Shown piece by piece: positions 60,576 to 64,000 of a DNA stretch of 64,000 bases. The position numbers and the translations under genes are program-made. This DNA is from a virus, in IMG/VR virus record IMGVR_UViG_3300049027_000072, positions 1-64,000 of that record. One strand, written 5' to 3'. Each line of letters starts with the position of its first letter. Within the stretch, counting starts at the first letter, position 1. The notes below the pieces were generated by a model, which ran no database searches, was not told the origin of the DNA, and saw nothing but the letters and a program-made list of their open reading frames with translations.

Positions 60576-60611
60576 GCCCGCCATGAGCGGGCTTTTTTAT
60601 TTCCCGAAAGG
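60576..60611 (+). terminator. Intrinsic terminator plus conserved RBS cassette (variant stem)
   Basis: GCCCGC-catga-GCGGGC, then TTTTTTATTTCCCGAAAGG, then ATG at 60620. Confidence 0.75.
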
Positions 60612-60619
60612 CTCGACTC

Positions 60620-61789
60620 ATGGGCACTCTGACTCTTACCTCTCTCATCCCCACCATCTACAACGCGATGGACGTTGTGTCGCGCGAACTGGTGGGGTTC
60701 ATCCCCGCCGTTTCGCGTGATTCGAGCGCTGAGCGTGCTGCCGTCAACCAGAGCGTCATGTCCCCGGTGGTCGGCGCGATGACCGCCGAGGATCTGACGC
60801 CTGCCGCATACGCTGCGGATACGCCGAACCAAACGATCGGCAACGTCGAGATGAAGATCACGAAAGCGCGCTCGGTGCCGTTTGGCATCACCGGCGAGGA
60901 ATCGCTGGGGCTGCGCACCGCCGGCACGCTCGGCGTCGTGAATCGGGATCGCATCGCGCAGGCGCTTCGCACGCTGACGAACGAAGTTGAGGCCGACCTG
61001 GCGGCCCTGCACATTTACGCGTCGCGCGCATACGGCACCTACAACGCGACCCCGTTCGGCACCGCGGCTGACTTCACGGACTTCTCGAACTCCCTGAAGA
61101 TCCTTGACGACAACGGTGCTCCGCTGAGCGACCGCCAGATGGTGCTCGGCTCGGCTGCCATCTCCAATATCCGCGGGAAGCAGAGCGTGCTGTTCAAGGC
61201 GAACGAAGCCGGCACCGACGAGATGCTGCGCCGCGGCATCGTGGGCCAGGTGGAAGGGTTCGACATCCACAACTCCGCTCAGGTTAAGACCGCTGTGACT
61301 GTCGGCACCGGCGCTTCGGCGACGACGAACACTGCCGGTTATGCGGTCGGCGCAACGACGATCACTCTGGCGTCCGCCGGTACGGGAACGATCATCGCCG
61401 GGGACATCATCACGTTCGCCAATGACACGAACAAGTACCTCGTGGTCACCGGCGATACCGACGTCTCCAATGGTGGCACCGTTGTGTTGGCCGAACCTGG
61501 GCTGCGGCAAGCGCTGCCGGCGTCTGCGGTTGCGATTACGGTCGTGGCGGCAACGACTCGCAACATGTTCTTCCACCGTTCGGCGATCCAGCTCGCCACA
61601 CGCGCTCCGGCCATGCCGGAAGAAGGTGACGCAGCGGATGACGTGATGATGGTCACCGACCCGGTTTCAGGCATCAGCTACGAGTTCTGCGTCTACAAGC
61701 AAAAGCGCCAGGTGCGCTACGAAGTGAACCTGGCATGGGGTGTCAAGGCTGTCGCCACCCGCCACATCGGCCTGCTGATCGGCGCGTAA
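60620..61789 (+). CDS. Major capsid protein (P22 coat-like family)
   Basis: 389 aa after the scaffold gene. The N-terminal LTSLIPTIYNAMDVVSRELVGFIPAVSRD resembles P22-type coat proteins. Confidence 0.75.
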   Translation: MGTLTLTSLIPTIYNAMDVVSRELVGFIPAVSRDSSAERAAVNQSVMSPVVGAMTAEDLTPAAYAADTPNQTIGNVEMKITKARSVPFGITGEESLGLRTAGTLGVVNRDRIAQALRTLTNEVEADLAALHIYASRAYGTYNATPFGTAADFTDFSNSLKILDDNGAPLSDRQMVLGSAAISNIRGKQSVLFKANEAGTDEMLRRGIVGQVEGFDIHNSAQVKTAVTVGTGASATTNTAGYAVGATTITLASAGTGTIIAGDIITFANDTNKYLVVTGDTDVSNGGTVVLAEPGLRQALPASAVAITVVAATTRNMFFHRSAIQLATRAPAMPEEGDAADDVMMVTDPVSGISYEFCVYKQKRQVRYEVNLAWGVKAVATRHIGLLIGA

Positions 61790-61839
61790 GCCCACGGCCG
61801 GCGGCTATCCACGCCGCCGGCCCCTAATGGAGCACCTGT

Positions 61840-62028
61840 ATGGAAACGATGAAGGTCAAACCCTGGGGGATTGGGCAGGGCGACTTCGTCCTGATCAATG
61901 CCGAGGACTTTGACCCAGCGGTCCACGAGCCGCTGAACGGCGAAGTCGCGGTGAAGGCGTCTGAGGACGTCGACGCCCCGAAGCGCCGCGGCCGCCAGCC
62001 TGCAGCGAAGAGCGAAGCGCAGGGCTGA
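61840..62028 (+). CDS. Small hypothetical protein
   Basis: 62 aa with GGAG 9 nt upstream. Confidence 0.45.
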   Translation: METMKVKPWGIGQGDFVLINAEDFDPAVHEPLNGEVAVKASEDVDAPKRRGRQPAAKSEAQG

Positions 62029-62062
62029 ATTCCATCCGGCGCGTAGGCGCCACAACTTCCCA

Positions 62063-62100
62063 AAGCCGCCCTCGGGCGGCTTTTTTCATTCCCGAAAGGA
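62063..62100 (+). terminator. Intrinsic terminator plus conserved RBS cassette (copy 8)
   Basis: AAGCCGCC-CTCG-GGCGGCTT (62063-62082), then TTTTCATTCCCGAAAGGA, then TTG at 62107. Confidence 0.8.
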
Positions 62101-62106
62101 GCCGCT

Positions 62107-62529
62107 TTGGCTGCGTACAACAAGTTCAATGCGTTCGTCGAGAACCAGCTCATCAGCAAGATCGACTGGGACGCCGACACCTTCAAGGTCATGCTCACCA
62201 ACGTCGCCCCGGTGGCGACGAACTCGCTGAAGGGCGACCTCACCGAGATTTCGGCGGGCAACGGCTACACCGCCGGCGGCACGGCCACCACGATCACGCA
62301 TTCGCGTTCGTCTGGTGTGTCGAAGGTCACCGGCACCGACGTCGTGTTCACCGCCACGGGCGGTTCGATCGGTCCCTTCCGCTACGCGGTGCTGTACGAC
62401 GACACCCTCTCGTCTCCGGCCAAGCCGCTGATCGCATGGTGGGACTACGGCTCCAGCATCACGCTGGCCGACACGGAGACGTTCACGGTCGACTTCGACG
62501 CTGCCAACGGCATCTTCCAGATGTCGTAA
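62107..62529 (+). CDS. Virion-region protein of unknown function
   Basis: 140 aa with a TTG start after the cassette (MAAYNKFNAFVENQL...). Confidence 0.6.
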   Translation: MAAYNKFNAFVENQLISKIDWDADTFKVMLTNVAPVATNSLKGDLTEISAGNGYTAGGTATTITHSRSSGVSKVTGTDVVFTATGGSIGPFRYAVLYDDTLSSPAKPLIAWWDYGSSITLADTETFTVDFDAANGIFQMS

Positions 62530-62553
62530 GGCGCCCGGCCGCAGCAGTACCTC

Positions 62554-64000
62554 ATGCCCCGCCGTCTCCGCATTGGGCACGCAGGCCGTCGCATATTCGC
62601 GGCGAGCGGCCTCTACGTCCTGGCGGGGCGGGACGCAACTCTGCGGACTGGTGTTTCGACACGAACGCTCTCGGCAGCGTCGGGGACCCTCAATGTTTCC
62701 GGCCAAGCGGCGGCGCTGCGCCCCGGGCGCCTCATGTTGGCAGCTGGTGGAACGTACGGCATCGCGGGCCAGGCGGCAGCAGAGCGGCGCGGCCGGACGA
62801 TCTCAGCTGCAACCGGCGCCTACAACGTTACCGGCATTGCCGCCACGCTGGTGCAGGGTTCGCCATGGTCGTCCAGCGCTACGTGGGGAGGGCCGCCTCC
62901 CGGGGATGGTGAGAACGTCACCATTCCGTCCGGGGCGTCCTACATCCTCGACACGGACACGGCCAACCTCGGGCTGATCGTCATCCCGGCTGGGGCGACG
63001 CTGAAGGTCGACATGACCAAGCCCAGCCTCACGCTGAGGGCGAAGGGCATCGTCGTCGACGGCGGGAAGTTCATCTTCGGCACGAGGGCCGCGCCATACA
63101 CCGGCACGCTGATCATCGAGTTGGACGGCCAGCCGGTCGTGAATTCGATCGTCGGCCCGTCGCACCGGGCGGCGGATGTGCCGACAGGCAACCCGAACGA
63201 CGCATACCTGGGCTACGACGGCGCGTCGCGTGGGTTCCTGAACATCAACGGCGAGGTCAGGATCAACGTGGCCAAGGCTTCGGTCTTGCGTACGTTCCTG
63301 AACGCGAATTCGGCAGCTGGTGCGACCTCACATACGACCGAGGACTCAACCAACTGGCCAGCGGGTTCGAATGTCCTGATCGGGCCCACGGACTACTACG
63401 CCAACTCGCAGTCCGAGGTACACACGTTGGCTGCGGCAGCCAACGGCACGGCGATCCAGACCTCCGCGGGGCTTGTCACGGCGCGCTGGGGGCAGCTGCA
63501 GTACATCACCGACGCGGGCATGAGCTTGACGCCGGGGACCTACACGCGCTGGACGAGTGCGAGCGGCGCAGAGTTCCCGGCGAACACCAGCATGCCGACC
63601 ACGCTGGACGAGCGAGCGGAAGTAGCCCTGCTGGACCGCCGGGCGATCATCCGTGCGCCGAACGACACCGCCTTCCAGCAGGACAGGTTCGGTGTGCACG
63701 TGATGGCAATGGGCTCAGGCGCCATCACCGAGCTCGACGGCGTCCTGATCCACCGGTGTGGGCAGGGCGGGCGCCTGGGTCGGTACCCGTTCCACACCCA
63801 CATGCAGTCGTGGGCGTCCACGGGGCAATTTCTGGGTGCGGTCCATACCGACAACCGCGTCGAAGACTGTGTCGTCTGGCAGAGCTGGAACCGGGGGATC
63901 ACGCTTCACGGCAGTGTCGGTTTCAAGGTGCTCAACTGCGTCAGCCACGACACCCGCGGGCACAACCTGTTCTTTGAGGACGGGTCGGAGCGCCTGAACA
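62554..64000 (+). CDS. G8-domain / right-handed beta-helix glycanase-like protein with an N-terminal 22-aa repeat region; 3' partial
   Basis: It is not in the supplied track because no stop lies inside the window. I translated by hand from ATG 62554 to nt 64000 and found no stop. G8-like segment: WSSSATWGGPPPGDGENVTIPSGASYILDTDTANLGLIVIPAGATLKV...KGIVVDGGKFIFGT. Further on: GRLGRYPFHTHM and NRGITLHGS. Confidence 0.75.
   Translation, partial: MPRRLRIGHAGRRIFAASGLYVLAGRDATLRTGVSTRTLSAASGTLNVSGQAAALRPGRLMLAAGGTYGIAGQAAAERRGRTISAATGAYNVTGIAATLVQGSPWSSSATWGGPPPGDGENVTIPSGASYILDTDTANLGLIVIPAGATLKVDMTKPSLTLRAKGIVVDGGKFIFGTRAAPYTGTLIIELDGQPVVNSIVGPSHRAADVPTGNPNDAYLGYDGASRGFLNINGEVRINVAKASVLRTFLNANSAAGATSHTTEDSTNWPAGSNVLIGPTDYYANSQSEVHTLAAAANGTAIQTSAGLVTARWGQLQYITDAGMSLTPGTYTRWTSASGAEFPANTSMPTTLDERAEVALLDRRAIIRAPNDTAFQQDRFGVHVMAMGSGAITELDGVLIHRCGQGGRLGRYPFHTHMQSWASTGQFLGAVHTDNRVEDCVVWQSWNRGITLHGSVGFKVLNCVSHDTRGHNLFFEDGSERLN

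Larger units (their letters stand above)
1..64000. mobile_element. Temperate tailed-phage genome (free or circularly permuted) or prophage/tandem prophage; the entire window is phage DNA
   Basis: Contiguous tail, lysis, int/xis, cI/cro, recombination, replication, terminase, portal and capsid modules with no host housekeeping genes. The head module lies at the right end and the connector/tail module at the left end. A partial tRNA lies next to int. Confidence 0.85.

Noticed and set aside
1-64000. Diversity-generating retroelement, retron or other reverse-transcriptase system; rRNA; CRISPR-Cas; transposases.
   Set aside because: No ORF with RT motifs (YxDD), no template/variable repeat pair noticed near the receptor-binding genes, no Cas-like or transposase-like ORFs, and no rRNA-like sequence.

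Overview
The whole 64-kb window is GC-rich DNA of a temperate, siphovirus-type phage, in permuted order. On the + strand, nt 1-19650 carry a glycan-binding and structural cluster, head-tail connectors, the tail module and the lysis genes. A moron island follows (19.7-23.3 kb), then an attP-like tRNA 3' fragment with xis and int (23.3-24.9 kb). A long minus-strand early-left operon spans 25.0-38.8 kb and includes recombination genes and putative DNA-modification genes. An immunity and candidate-defence island is co-transcribed with a cI-like repressor (39.1-42.9 kb). The early-right operon on the + strand (42.9-53.1 kb) has cro-like and cII-like genes, DUF4406, a helicase-methyltransferase fusion, replication genes, NinB-like and NinG genes and candidate late regulators. 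Packaging and head genes occupy 53.7-62.5 kb. An ORF missing from the supplied track runs off the right edge (62554->64000) and encodes a G8-domain/beta-helix glycanase-like protein.

The most interesting points:
- A TGT-fold (DpdA-like) gene sits beside a Gp37/Gp68 (DUF5131) gene, with no preQ0 synthesis genes in the window.
- A lower-GC cassette downstream of cI holds a frameshifted HNH gene coupled to an unrecognisable 302-aa protein, plus a HicB/HicA-like pair.
- A moron island at attP pairs a PEP-CTERM protein with a FemAB/CelD-like acyltransferase.
- A 22-aa tandem repeat is shared by two structural-region proteins.
- A near-identical terminator-plus-RBS cassette recurs through the late operon.
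- Operator motifs are shared by two early promoters.
- An iteron-like repeat lies inside the replication gene.

All functional calls rest on motif recognition by eye, gene order and start/stop coupling. No database search was run, so family names are hypotheses to confirm with HMM or structure searches. I found no rRNA, intact tRNA, CRISPR array or reverse transcriptase.
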